Origin: Prorocentrum cordatum
Taxonomy: Eukaryota
Direction: 5' to 3'
DNA: 55,969 bases
NCBI GenBank assembly: GCA_963575745.1
Contig: CAUYUJ010000121.1
Coordinates: forward strand, 62,001-117,969
Shown: piece after piece, positions 24,371 through 37,743 of the stretch
How positions within the stretch are numbered: the stretch's first letter is position 1
Layout of the letters: every line of letters starts with the position of its first letter
Made by a program: the position numbers and the translations under genes
The notes under the pieces: generated by a model
The model's input: the letters and a program-made list of their open reading frames with translations, nothing else
Databases searched by the model: none
What the model was told of the DNA's origin: nothing

Positions 24371-27300
24371 CATACCTGATATTATTCTTTATAGAAAAAT
24401 TACCCGTATTATTAATGGTACGATTATTGTTTAACACACACAATACTACTGATACTGGTAATGTACTTGCATGCGTCTTCTTCCTCCTCCTCTTCCTCCT
24501 CGCCGTCGTCCTCCTCCTCCATCACCACCACCACCATCGGCATCAACATCGTCGCGCAGATCACACCGACGCGGGCATTCTCCTCGCCCTGACACGCCAG
24601 AGCTCCGCGACGCCACCGCTGCCCAAAGGGCGGGCGGCTCAGGAGAAGTGGGGGCGGGCACCAAACGCAGGCCAGCTTCCGTCGGTGGAGACGCTTGCCC
24701 CCGAGCGCCCCGCAGAGTTTGCCTGTTCCGCGCCGCCCCCGCCAGGCGCTGCCGCGGGATGTCCTGCAGAGAGTGGGGCAGTCGAGTGCGAATTTCTCCG
24801 GCAGGTCGAGGCCGCCCAGCCCTTCCAAGCATGCAGCAGAGAGGTCTCGCAGGGCCAAAGCCAGAGCGGCGTCGGCCGGCGGCGCGCCTGGCGGGGGCGG
24901 GACAAACAGGCAAACTCTCTGCGGGGGCGGCGCGGAGCAGGCAAACTCCCTGCTGAGCAGACCGTGCTGGAATCAGTGCAACTCGACGTGGTTTGTCGGC
25001 TTGTGTCGGCGCTCACCTTCTCCCGACCCTGAACCCTCCCAAGGGGGCAGAAACGACAGCACTAGTACGCGAACCACATGCGTGCGCGAGCGCCCCAACG
25101 CATGCTGCACATGTGTGCGTACTCCACGGATCGATCTCTCGCGGCACTGGGCAGTTCGCCTTCGGGGGAACCCAGGGACCCTGGTGGGAGGAAGGAAGTC
25201 CGGAGGGAGCGGGGACGAAGAGGGAGGAAGGATGAGAATGAAGAGGAAAAGACGACGACCATCCTCACCGCAAGCCTCGGGGTCCTCAGCGAGCAGCAGA
25301 AGCAGGAGCTCGGCCCGTCAGCGCAGTCAGCGGCCGCGCTGGTGACTGAGAAGCGGCCAGCCCCAGCGGCGGCGGCCGTCGCCGCCCTCCAGCGCGTGCG
25401 CCAGCACGAGAAGCGCGCGGTGGAGCTCGACGCCCACTTCCAGAAGCTCGAGAGCCAGCTGAAGGAGGCGAAGGAGGACCGCGCCAATATCTCCCTCGAG
25501 CTGCGCGAGGCGCGCCAGAAGTTCGAGGTGGCCAGCAACCAGGCGACGGCGCAGTGGAAACCCGCCCCCGTCGACGAGATGGACGTGGAGCCGCCCGCCC
25601 CAGCAGCGGCGCCGCCCGCGGCAGCCGCCGCGCCCGCGGCCCCCGCGATGCCGCCAGGGCGTCGCGCAGCCACCAGCGGGTTCCGAGGCGCCGACGCGGG
25701 GCAGGCCAACGCCTTCCACGAGAAACTCGACGAGGCAGCCCAGGCGGGCCAGGCGGCAACGGCGCCCAAGCGGCCGCCCGCCAGCCGCCAGCGCGGCCCC
25801 GCAGGCGGCGGCGCCCGCGGCTTTGCTGCCGGGAGCGGCGCCGCGCAGCGAGGCAGGAGCGGCGAGTCCAAGGCCGCCTCTGCGCCGCGCAGCCGCAGCG
25901 AGCCCAAGGTCCGCGAGGGGCTGCAGGCGACGGCGCGAAGGAGGCGGGGGACTTCTTGGCCACCAGCAGGGCGAGATCTCTCGCCCAGCAGCCCCTCCGA
26001 GCCAGACGGGAGCTGCCGCCGGAGCGGCCTAGCAGCACGCGGGCAGGCGTCTCAGTGGAGCGAGCGCGCCAGTTTCACCACCCCCGTCGAGGACAGAGAT
26101 CCCTTAGCGATAGCAGCAGCAGCCATAACAATTTGGACTACTCAATACCCTGTGTCAGTGCCATGGGAGATACAAGACACGACCGGGCTGCAGGAGGAGG
26201 GGGAGGTCATGGCAAGGAGCTGCTCACGCTCTATATTGCCGACGTCACCAACTGGCACACGCGATCTCGAGATTACGTCCAGCCCGAAGGTTTCCAGCGG
26301 TCACACGTAATGATTTTGGTTGCAACGCATGTGAGCCGCCGAGAAGGTTCGGGATTTCCACAGGCGCATGAAGAAGCAGGGTTGCAGGTCTTACGTCTGC
26401 CCCGCCACTCCGACGTCCGCCACGGCCTCACATGGGAACGCCCTCGCGCGCGGCGGTTCTGCTCTTGCTGGCGCCAACGCCGGCCGCAGCCCCGCCCGCG
26501 AGCGCCCCAGCAAAGGCGCCATCCCGCCCCCGACGGCTCTCGCGGCGGCCAACGCCCGTACACGAGCCGCAGGGGGTGATTTTGTTTGTCGTGCGGAGCC
26601 TGTGCTCGCACGCCCGTGTCCTGGGGGCCACAGGTCGAGGCGCCCCGCTCTGCGGTGGCCCGGGCTGGACGGCATGCCACCTGCTCCTCAAGGGACACGC
26701 GGCATCCTTCTTCTCGCCACCTACCTCCAGAGCGATGCGGGGTATGACGACTATAGCACGGTCAACCCGCAGAGCAAGGATGAGCAATTTTCCCGGAGGA
26801 ACACTTTGCATCCTTGCCCTGTCGGCCCATCCTTAGCAATGTTCGCTTGCCTGCCTCGTTCGAAAAAAACGCCATCATGGCCCTCCAAAGCCCTTGCATC
26901 CTTACCGCGCATCCTTTTGATGCGGGCTGATTGTAAGGCCACCAGCGAGATCGCCACCTCCGTGAGAGTCCACAAGTTGCCCCTTCATCATTGGGGGGGG
27001 GGCTGCAACATGACGGGCCAGGAGTTCATTAAGGGGGTCCTGTGGGTGAAGGACATGGATGGGGTCGTCGTCCAACCGAATGCGGACTCCACGTGCAACT
27101 GTGGGGCGATCGGTTTCTTCGCCGCGTCCTCGAAGCTAGGCAGGCTCGTGGAGGCCACGCCGGATATTGCCAGCCCCTGGAGGCTCCATCTGTGGATGCG
27201 AGGAATGGCAGGCGGAGGTTCTCGCTGAGACCAACGCGTTTTCCCCATGGAGGCCCCTGACATAGCCAAGCCTGGAGCAGCGCCGCGGCCCTGGAGAGAG

Positions 27301-28000
27301 CGTCGTATCCTGGCGCCCGACGAGATTCCCGAGGCCCCTGAGGTTCGCCGTCCAGTCGCGGAGGCCCCTTCCCCCTCCTCCTCCTCCTCCTCCTCCTCCT
27401 CCTCCTCCTCCTCCTCTCCTCCTCCTCCTCCTCCTCCTCCTGCTCCTCCCTCCCTCCTCCTCCTCCTCCTCCTCCTCCTCCTCCTCCTCCTCCTCCTCCT
27501 CCTCCTCCCCCTCCTCCTCTTCCTCCTCCTCCTCCTCCTCCTCCTCCTTCTCCTCCTCCTCCTCCCACATCGGCTCGCCGTGCTCCCGCAGGCCTTGGAG
27601 CGGTGGAATACAAAGCCAGGTGGCGCGGAAGGGCCCAGCCAGGCGCGGCCGTTCCTCTCGAGAGACCAGGCCCGCCTCCCCCCCGGAACCCTCGAGAGCC
27701 AAGGGGGGAACCGAACGCCGACAACGGAGCGCCGTTCAGCGACGAGTCCGCGAGAGAGACCTTGCCAGGAACAGGGATCCGACAGGGACAAACCATAGGA
27801 GGCTCCAAGAGCTCATCGAGAAGGCCCTGGATCACCCCGACTGGGGCTCGGACACCACCACCGCAGATCAAGAGCGGGTCTGGGAGGCACTTGCAACTCG
27901 GTCGCGCGATCCTCTCCCGCGCCACGACCTGCTGGAGAGGCAGGTGCAGTTGTTCGAGGCCCGCGCGATGAAGTAGGCCCAGGATGGCTTTGCAGAACAG

Positions 28001-29499
28001 TTGGGGACCAGCATCAAGCGAGGAGGTGGCGCCACCTATGCTTCTCCCAGAGAGCTGGAGGTCGAGGTCACCCCTGGAGAGGCCGACAACTACGTCCTGG
28101 AAGAACAAGCCTTCGTGGACCCGGCCGAAATCCTCAAGGCCAAACGCAAGTTCTGGGAGCAGCACAGGGACCCCCAACAAGTTCGAGCAGATGCTCCTGT
28201 TTCGGCGCCCTGGATTCAAGATCTTTGGGGAGAGGCCAATTACGATAAAGACCTGGAGGCTGACTGGACGAAGGAGGAGGTAATCACAGCCATCAAAACC
28301 TTCCCGGGACATTCGGCCACTGGTATCGACCAGTGGAGAATTCGCGACGTTCTCAGGCTACCAGGCCCAGGGATCATCGAGCTCACCGACCTTTTGAATC
28401 CTGCTGAGAGAACGCAGACCATGCCAGCCCAGTGTCTAGGTCATCTGGTAGCGCTCAAGCCGAAGACTGTGACTGCGGACAGGCCGATCACGATCAGCAC
28501 TTCGCATTAGGCTGATCATGAGGATGAGGAGGGGGCAGATCGACAAGTGGGAGGCGGCCAAGGCAGGACAGTGGGATGCGGCAATCAAAGAGCTCCAGTT
28601 GCCTTAGAGCAGGCATAATTACGAGCTTTTTGCTGAGATTGGCACTGAGCTCAAGATTGAGACTGCCGACGGACTACGAAACATTCTATGAAACCATCCC
28701 CACGGAAAAACTGGCCCGGAAAGCCAACGGGATGGGGTACACAAATATCTGTCTCAGTCTCCGGATCATGACCCATCTTGCCGCGGAGTACCTCGCTACA
28801 GAGATGGGAGACAGCGGTGCGATCATTCTGCAGCCCAGTATTTTGGCAGGATGTGGCCAGAGTGCGGCATAGACCCGAGTTTTGTGGCACGACCTCCTCC
28901 ATCAGGCGCACCTCAGCTTCGACCGTCTCACGCCAAGGCCTTGGGTCGACGATTTGCGCGCCCGCATGGCGGGTTCCACCAGATCGCTGCTTGCGGACTT
29001 CCCCGAGGCCATGAAGTATCTCAAGGCAGGGTTGGTAGATCTTGGGTGCAGGCTCTCCCTCAAGTCGGCCCTCGTCGCGAATGACAATGACATCAGGAAC
29101 CAGGTCCAGGACTCTTGCAAGCTCCTCGGGATCCCCCTCCAGACCAGGCAGGGCACCAGGGACCTCGGGCTCGACTCCACGGTCGGCAAGAGAAGGTACC
29201 TCAAAGTACGAAGGGCCAGGCAGCGCCTTGGGTTCAGTAGGCACAAGAACATCAAGAGGCTCCTCAGGGTCACCAAGAGCGCCCAACGCCTTCATCGTAC
29301 AGGGTCTCAGCCGCGGCCCTACTGGGGACTCCAGGGCCACGCGGTCTCCTCCACGGAGCTCACGCAGCACAGGAGCTCAGCAGGAGCTGCACTCGGGACC
29401 GGCAAGCCAGGAAGTTGTCCCACGGCAGGCCTTCACAGGTGCAGAATGGCGCTTGAGGCGCAGGACCCCTGCTCTAACTCACAGGGTCAGGCTGTTTGA
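28001..29499 (+). pseudogene. Frameshifted reverse transcriptase domain of the LINE
   Basis: RT domains are split over ORFs 28001-28510, 28576-28872 and 28882-29499. Confidence 0.85.
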
Positions 29500-30235
29500 G
29501 ATGTGGTTCGAGCTCGTCGCCACCGAGCCGCAGCTCCCCAGCGGCAAATATGGCCGCGTGGCCCAAGGTTTTTGCAAAGCTTCGTCGGCCCAGGAGGTGA
29601 AACAAACTCGTCAGTCATCTCAGCGCGGTCGTTGAGACCCTCCTGGACTTTGGATGGAGCCCAGATTCGGCCTGGTCTTGGTTCAACCCCGCCGGCGAGG
29701 TTTTCCCAGTGGGACCCAGAAAGCTCGAGGACCAGGACGATGTCTTGTGCAGGTTCCAGCAGTTTCTTCATCAGAAGGTTTGGAGTGGAGCGCAGGGTAA
29801 CATGCAGCAGGAGGATGCCAGGAGGGAGTTGACATGAAGAGCCAACGTTGGCAGATCGAGGGGATGTATCGCGACGGCCAGAAAAGCCTCGCGAAGGCGC
29901 TCAAGGCCGTATGTACTTGTGCAGCCTCGAGACCCCGGTGGCGTTACGAGGCAGGACTGCGGATTATGGGGAGATCGAACTGCGATGATTATCACGAGTT
30001 CTGGGGATACCCACTCCTGCTCCGAGCTGAGCACCCTCTCATTCAGGCCCAAGAGGACCTCGTGGATACCGTCCAAGGGGATGATCAACCAGCGTGTTTC
30101 TGGCTCAGCGTGACTGATCTCGGCAGACCTAGCGTTGAAAGCAATTAGAAGACTCCACCCCCAAGCACCCCGACATCCAAGGGACGGGGGGCCTTCCTGA
30201 GCCCTTCCGAGCCGAAGGGCGGTTGGCGCACCAGC

Positions 30236-30670
30236 TCGGTGGATGGCTCATGGGGGGTTCTTCTCGGCCGTTCCTCGCCCCAGGCGAGCAGGACGGGGTG
30301 CGGGGGTCGGATCTAAGAATTAATGCCCCTGGGCACCCTCAAAGAGAACGTCGTAGAGCTTCAGACTATACCCCGGGCTGAGCTCAACGTGGCCATGGAG
30401 CTCTTCGGGCACACCAAGGGGGACCTCGCAGTGGTGACCGACTCTGCGTATCTGATTCGGGGGCACTTCAAGGGGCTCCGTAGGAAAATGTCCGAAAATC
30501 GTTGGGCCCTGGCTAGGATACTGGAGATTCTCGGGCGCGCGGGCTGGCCAAGTGCGGTAGCTCAAGGTCGAGTCTCGTGCCATGGACCCTAAGTACGGGC
30601 CCATTTCCCAGAGCCTGGGCTCTCCAGGTAAATGGTACAGCCGATGGATTCGCAAGCGAGGCTGCCGCTC
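30236..30670 (+). pseudogene. Frameshifted RNase H domain of the LINE
   Basis: Catalytic D/E/D/D motifs in order: DGS, RAEL, TDS, NGTAD. Confidence 0.8.
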
Positions 30671-31380
30671 AAGCCTCCATCCCCCAGGAGCTGGAGCAGC
30701 GAAAGCTGGCGTTGGACACACTTGCTGAACAGATCCGTGGAAGGCTGGCCGCAATGCAGACGATGTGGTGGACCCAGTTTCCCGTCCACGAGGCTCACGC
30801 CGAGATCAAGAGGGCTCTGCGACGGGAGCGCAGCGAGAAGGCTTTCCAGCACCTTTTCACCTCGGCCTCCCACTGGCCAGAAATCCAAGGGGACCAGGTT
30901 GTGTGCGCCAGGTGCCACAAGAAGGCCCACAGGAGGTCCGCGGCACGCTGGCTTCGTTCCCTTTGTTCGGCCCCTCCCCCCTCGGCCAGCCAAGCGTACC
31001 AGGGGGTCTCACGGCCACTGGGAGTCGCCAGCGTCGAAGACGGAGGCCCAGCCATCCACCCCAGCCACCGACCCCACCTTTCGGTCGTCCGTGGGGTCCT
31101 CTGGTGTCGACGGTGTGGGTGCTGGCGGGTTCGGCCCAAGGAAGCCTGTGCCGTCCTCGGAACAGTCAGAGTGGTGGGCACAAAGCACCTTCCCCCCAGG
31201 CCTCAAAGAATGGCCCCAGGGAGGCTCGTGAGCCCCAACGGTCTCTAAGGCGCGTAGGGATCGAGACTGTCCTTCGGGGCGCGCGCGCGCGGATGAGGAG
31301 GAGACAGGCACCTGCTCCTCATCCTCCCCCTCTTCCCGGTGCCCACTTCAGTGCCTCCCCCTGCTCCCACGTCCCTTTTC

Positions 31381-31540
31381 TTAAGTCGGGCGTGTCCCCC
31401 TACAGGGGGATTTTCGACGAAAACTAAAAAATACTCCAAATATACTCCAAAAATGCCCCAAAATACTGAAACAATAGTCCCCTGACATTTTTTTAACTAT
31501 TTTTGAATATTCCCCCTGTAGAGGGGCGGGCCCGACTTAA
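31381..31540. mobile_element. MITE-A copy
   Basis: TTAAGTCGGG...CCCGACTTAA; flanks cccttttc/cctttttc. Confidence 0.85.
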
Positions 31541-31635
31541 CCTTTTTCCTCTTGAAGAGCTGTTCCCTGTCGCCTCCCCGGGCGTGCCGGGCCGGGCGTC
31601 TCGACGGGGGCTTCCTGGCCATTTTAATGAAACTG

Positions 31636-32880
31636 AAACTTGAGATGTGCAGCAGCTTCAAGGATTGAGGAGGCAACTACTCGGAGGTCTTCGTCGGAAA
31701 GGTTAAGGAGGATTAAGCCCCAATGGGGGGCTGCTGCGCTTGATTAGGCCGCGGATCTAGCGGGATTAAGCCGGATTAAGCCGGATTAAGAGGGATTAGG
31801 CGGGATTGAGCCGGATTAAGCCAGATCTCGGACCAGGGGAAAGTCAGAATTTGACATCCCAGGAGTCGCATCCGAAAAGGATGGAGGGTGGGCCGTCTTC
31901 AAAGGGCGGCTCTCGCGCTAGCGCCGCGCACACTCGTCTTGAAGGTCTGCAGCAGCTTCAGGGACGAAGGGCGGCTTCTCTTCGAGATGGGGCTCTCGCC
32001 TGAGCGGCGTGTGCATTCGTCGTGTAAGCTTTCCGCAGCTTCTGAGATGGAGAACGGGCCGCTTTGAAAACGGGGCTCTCGCCTCACCACCGCGCACATC
32101 CGCCTTAAAGGATACAGCAATTTCAAGGATAACAGGCGGCAACGTGTCAAAGAGGAAACGCCTAAAGACGCTTCAGGGATGGAGCATTTTTCTTTTGGGG
32201 TGAGACTGACTGGGGCTGTCGTCTTAGCGCTGCGCGCAAACATCTGCAAAGTTTGCAGCCGCTTCATGGATGGAATGCGGCTCCTTTTCAAAATGGAGCC
32301 CTCGCCGTAGCACCGCGCGCATTCGTTCTAAAAGCTTGCCTCAACAGGTTCATGGATGGAGGGCGATTGCACTTCAAAATGGAGCCCTCGCACTACCGCT
32401 GCGCGCACTCGCCTTAACAAACGCAGCGATTACAGGGATGGTGGCAGATTATATTTCAAAGGGAAGCTTCCCGTTGGGACTTCTTGGTCTTCACAGGAGG
32501 TCAATAGCCTGAAAATCTGTAACGGGTGCGTGGATGGAGGGCGGTTCCTTTTCAAAACTTGAGCCTTCTGTTGGGACGTGTCTTGAATTTGACGACCAGG
32601 GGCTTGAGCCGACGCCACAGCTGCACAGATGGAGCACGGCTTATCTTCAACATGGGGCTCTCTCTCGAGGCGTCCTCGGCGCTCATGACCAGGAGTGTGA
32701 ACTTGCAACCAGGTATAGGGATGGGAGCTGACATTTCTCGAAACGGGGATGCTTCAAGATCACGCTGGACAACCCGCTGAAAGGTCTGATCACACTGTTG
32801 CGCCTGCCGTATTATTCACTCGGAGATGCAAGGCAATTCTTTTCCAAAACGGAGCTCTCGCCTGACCAGCGGGCCCATAG
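31636..32880 (+). repeat. Diverged 83-bp tandem repeat array (same family; short copy at 43765-43890)
   Basis: GCAGCTTCAGGGATGGAG..TTCAAAATGGGGCTCTCGCC units at 31910, 31993, 32076 and onward. Confidence 0.72.
31666..31876. mobile_element. MITE-C copy inserted in the 83-bp repeat array
   Basis: 6-bp TSD AAGGAT on both sides. Confidence 0.8.
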
Positions 32881-33803
32881 GCTGCTGGTCGTTCGAAGGG
32901 GCTCTTCTCGAAGTGATGAAGAAGGCCTGTGGCGAGTTACCAAGATGAGGGGGCATGGGACGGGAGGGTGTGTTGCAGCATCGTTGATGCACCTGGGATT
33001 TGATCCTCCTGATCCTCCACTTTGTGAGCGTCTTCTTGTTCGGCGTTTCGACATAGGGCGGAAGGGGGGGGAGGGGGGGGGGCATGGCTCTGGACCTCTG
33101 CTCACTGAGACTGCCTGCAGCAGTGCATCCTGTGGGGGAGACTCCACCTGCTTGAGCCAGGCGCCCAAAAAAGCCAAGAGCTACTCCATGATAGGGGGGT
33201 AGGAGGAGGCTGGGGGGGGCGAGGGCCCGCGCCGATCGACAAAACGATGAAGCAGGAAACGATCACTTCCTCCTCCTCCTCCGCCTCCTCCTTCCGCACC
33301 TGCTTCGCTTCCTTTTGGCTTTGGAGGGGAGGAGGAGGGGGGGCGGGGGGAGAGAAAGGGCCCGCGCCCATCGGCAAACCAGCGAGTGGGAAAGCGATCC
33401 CCCCTCTCTCCTCCTCCTCCTCCTCCTCCTCCTCCTCCTCCTCCTCCTCCTCCTCCTCCTCCTCCTCCCTCCCTCCTCCTCCTCCTCCTCCTCCTCCTCC
33501 TCCTCCTCCTCCTCCTCCTCCTCCTCCTCCTCCTCCTCCTCCTCCCTCCTCCTCCTCCTCCTCCTCCTCCTCATCCCGCACCTGCTTTGCTCTACTTCTT
33601 CTTCTTATTATTCTTCTTCTTCTTCTTCTTCTTCTTCTTCTTTTTCTTCTTCTTCGTCTGCTTCTTCTTCTTTGGGGGGGGGGCGCCTCGGGCGCGGGGC
33701 CGGCACGGACGAGGGCTGCGCCCTCCGGCGGTCAGGGAGGGCACGGGCTCCCCGGCTGCTGCCCGGCCGAACCTCCCGGCCCTCGCGCGGCCGAGGGCGG
33801 TGC

Positions 33804-33821
33804 GAACGCCCCGGCCTCGTC
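33804..33821 (-). CDS. Exon C, 18-nt micro-exon: DEAGAF
   Basis: Acceptor ctcAG|G, donor TTC|GCaccg. It yields LLE-DEAGAF-VVLVS; the donor position is the least certain part. Confidence 0.55.
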
Positions 33822-34760
33822 CTGAGCGCGAGGGGGGGGGGAGAGCTCCTGCGTCTGCCTCCTCCTCCTCCTCCTCCTCCTCCTCCTCCTGCTCCTCCTC
33901 CTCCACCTCCTCCTCCTGCTCCTCCACCTCCTCCTCCGCCTTCTTCCCCTCCTCCTCATGCTCCTCTGCGTTGGTTGGGGTGAGGTCCACCCTCTCCTCC
34001 TCATCGTCCCCATTCGGGCGACGAGTCGTTGGGTCCGCATTATCATCGAAGGGGGGTCGGTTGATTGGGTCATTGGCGCACCACGTCCCGCTTCTGCAAC
34101 ACATATCACAAAAACATGTGGTCATGATCCTGTTTAGCATTTAATTAAATGGGACTCACTCCAGACAAGGAGGGGAAGATCTCCCGAACGACACTTTCGA
34201 GGATGGGCCGATCTAGCCTCTCAACGAACTCGAAGACCTCCTCGCGTCTGTGTCCCTGGGTCCGCCAGGACATTCACGGGCAAGGAGGGTCGTCCTCTTA
34301 GTGCGAAGCGCCCACACACACACACACACACACTGTACCAATCCGATCACCCGAGCCGCACCACAAACTGCGCATCTTGTGGGCCAAACGCGCCGGTCTA
34401 GGGAGGCGAATACGTCGTGAAGTGCGGATCGCACCCCTCGACCAATCACGAATTGCACGAATCTGGAGCAAGCGGACCTCTTTCTTGTCCACTCGGTCAA
34501 TGCAGTGCCACTTACGCCCTGGTACGACCTCCAGCAGCCTCGGGGTCCTTCAGCCGATTGGCCCTCAAAACGGTCGGCTTCCCAAGAACTCAAGCCGGAC
34601 AGCGCTCCCGCGACACCCGCAAGGAGAAGCTGCCAGCGAACCTAGAATTAGGTCGGGCGTGTCCCCCTACAGGCGGTTTTTGGACGAGAAATTAAAAAAT
34701 AGTCACAACAGATTCCAACATCCGCATAAATAGAAACACACATCGTCCCCGCTACATTTG

Positions 34761-35835
34761 TTCCTAACCATCCGGTGGTGTTGGGTCCTCGTTTTGAAGA
34801 GACGTCGCCCCGCGTTCCTCCTCTCCTCTCCTCTCCTCCTCCTCCTCCTCCTCCTCCTCCTCCTCCTCCTCCTCCTCCTCCTCCTCCTCCTCCTCCTCTC
34901 TCCTCCTCCTCCTCCTCCTCCTCCTCCTCCTCCTCCTCCTCCTCCTCCTCCTCGTCCTCGTCCTCGTCCTCGTCCTCCTCCTCCTCCTCCTCCTCCTCCT
35001 CCTCCTCCTCCTCCTCCTCCTCCCCTCCCTCCTCCTTCTTCCATGCGTTTCACCCACCCAGCACAGCGCTTCGTGGCTCCATAGGGAGCTCCACCCAAGC
35101 CCCCAGTGGGACCGCCCGCATGCGTCCCCACACCCAATTTGGCATTTTCACCCACCCAGTACAGCGTTTCGTGGCCCCAGTGGTTTAGGGCGTTTCCTCT
35201 TCCACCCCTCCCTCTTCCCCTTCGGGGAGGGGTTTACCCCTCCCCCTCCCCCCTCCCCGTGGACCTGGACGGGAGGGGCGGGGAGGTGTCAGGGCGTCCA
35301 AAACGGCCTCGGCGAGGAAGCCAAAATCATTGATTTGACTAGGGTTTTGGCCCCATGTTGGCCTCTTGATGGGGGGGACGCGAATTAGTCCCCCCCCCTC
35401 CTGTGATCGATCTCCTCCAAGATGGCCCCAAGAAGCGCCCAGGAGGCGCCAAGAGTGCCCCAAGATGGCCCCAAAAGGCCCCCAAGAGGCCCCCAGGAGG
35501 CTCCCAAGACGATCCCGAGCGGCCCAAAGAGGCCCCCCCGAGGCACACAAGACGCCGAAAAGCCCCTCAGGACGGCCCTCTACTCGCCTGGGCGTCGTTT
35601 CTGGATGGGCTGGTGGGCATACGCGAAGCGTCTAGAGTTTGGTATTTTCACCCACCCAGTGCGGCGCTTCGTGGCCTCATAGGGAGCTTCGCCGACGGCC
35701 GCAGTGCTACCGCCCGCATGCGTTCCACCCCCGCCCAGCGCAGCGCTTCGTGGCCCCATAGGGAGGTTCACCGAAGAAGATATTCACAATTGCGGTACCC
35801 ACAAGTTCATATGGTTGGGTCCTTCACCAGGATAA
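34761..35835 (+). mobile_element. Helentron/HINE-like non-autonomous element, copy 1
   Basis: 5' TT, subTIR CC(C/T)AACCAT with adjacent partial IR GTTGGG, (CCT)n, about 99-bp units, 3' subTIR ATGGTTGGG, hairpin TCCT-N5-AGGA, then TAA; no TSD. Confidence 0.72.
35180..35638 (+). mobile_element. 5'-truncated GGCCCAAGA element nested in HINE copy 1
   Basis: Homologous in reverse to 51639-53077; ends GGGCTGGTGGGCAT-ACGC-GAA-GCGT. Confidence 0.6.
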
Positions 35836-37371
<1,536 letters not shown>

Positions 37372-37743
37372 TTTTTACTACTTTTGAAGATTCCTCCTGT
37401 AGAGGGACAGGCCCGACTTAAACCTAGAAGTCCTGAGCTGTGAGCGCATGGAGCAGCCGAGGAAAAAACGAGTCCTGCTAAGCTCCCAGCTAGGCAGTCT
37501 GGCAGCGACACGACTGCCCCTCCAAGACCACCATATGCGACACCTATCCTCCGACTCCATCTGCTCGGAGCCCATCTGGGAGGCCTAGAAACAGGGGGGC
37601 CAGCTCGCATGGGGACGCTCCGCAACGCCACGAGCATCACGCGCCGTGCCACGCGGCCAAGGACACCACGAGGGCCACGCGGAGAGCCTCCGCAGGGGTT
37701 TCTGTTTGGGGTCTTGCACCGTGGGCGGACGACACCGGGCATT

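Larger units (their letters stand above)
25078..31250 (+). mobile_element. Decayed non-LTR retrotransposon (LINE) with ORF1, APE endonuclease, RT, RNase H and C-terminal CxxC motifs
   Basis: ORF1 has a coiled-coil-like tract (25078-26000). APE-like segments: YIADVT..LVATH, GCN, STC..IGFF (26220-27200). RT motifs: SATGID..LKPK..DRPI, DYETFYETI, ILAGCGQS, WVDD (28942-28953), RDLG. RNase H: DGS (30242), QTIPRAEL, VTDS, NGTAD. C-terminus: CARC, CRRC. Many stops and frameshifts; ends approximate. Confidence 0.88.

Noticed and set aside
24571..24618. Possible AG..GT minus-strand exon RWRRGALACQGEENAR
   Set aside because: Phase-compatible, but B-C-D already gives a better continuous peptide and the codon usage is less GC3-rich.
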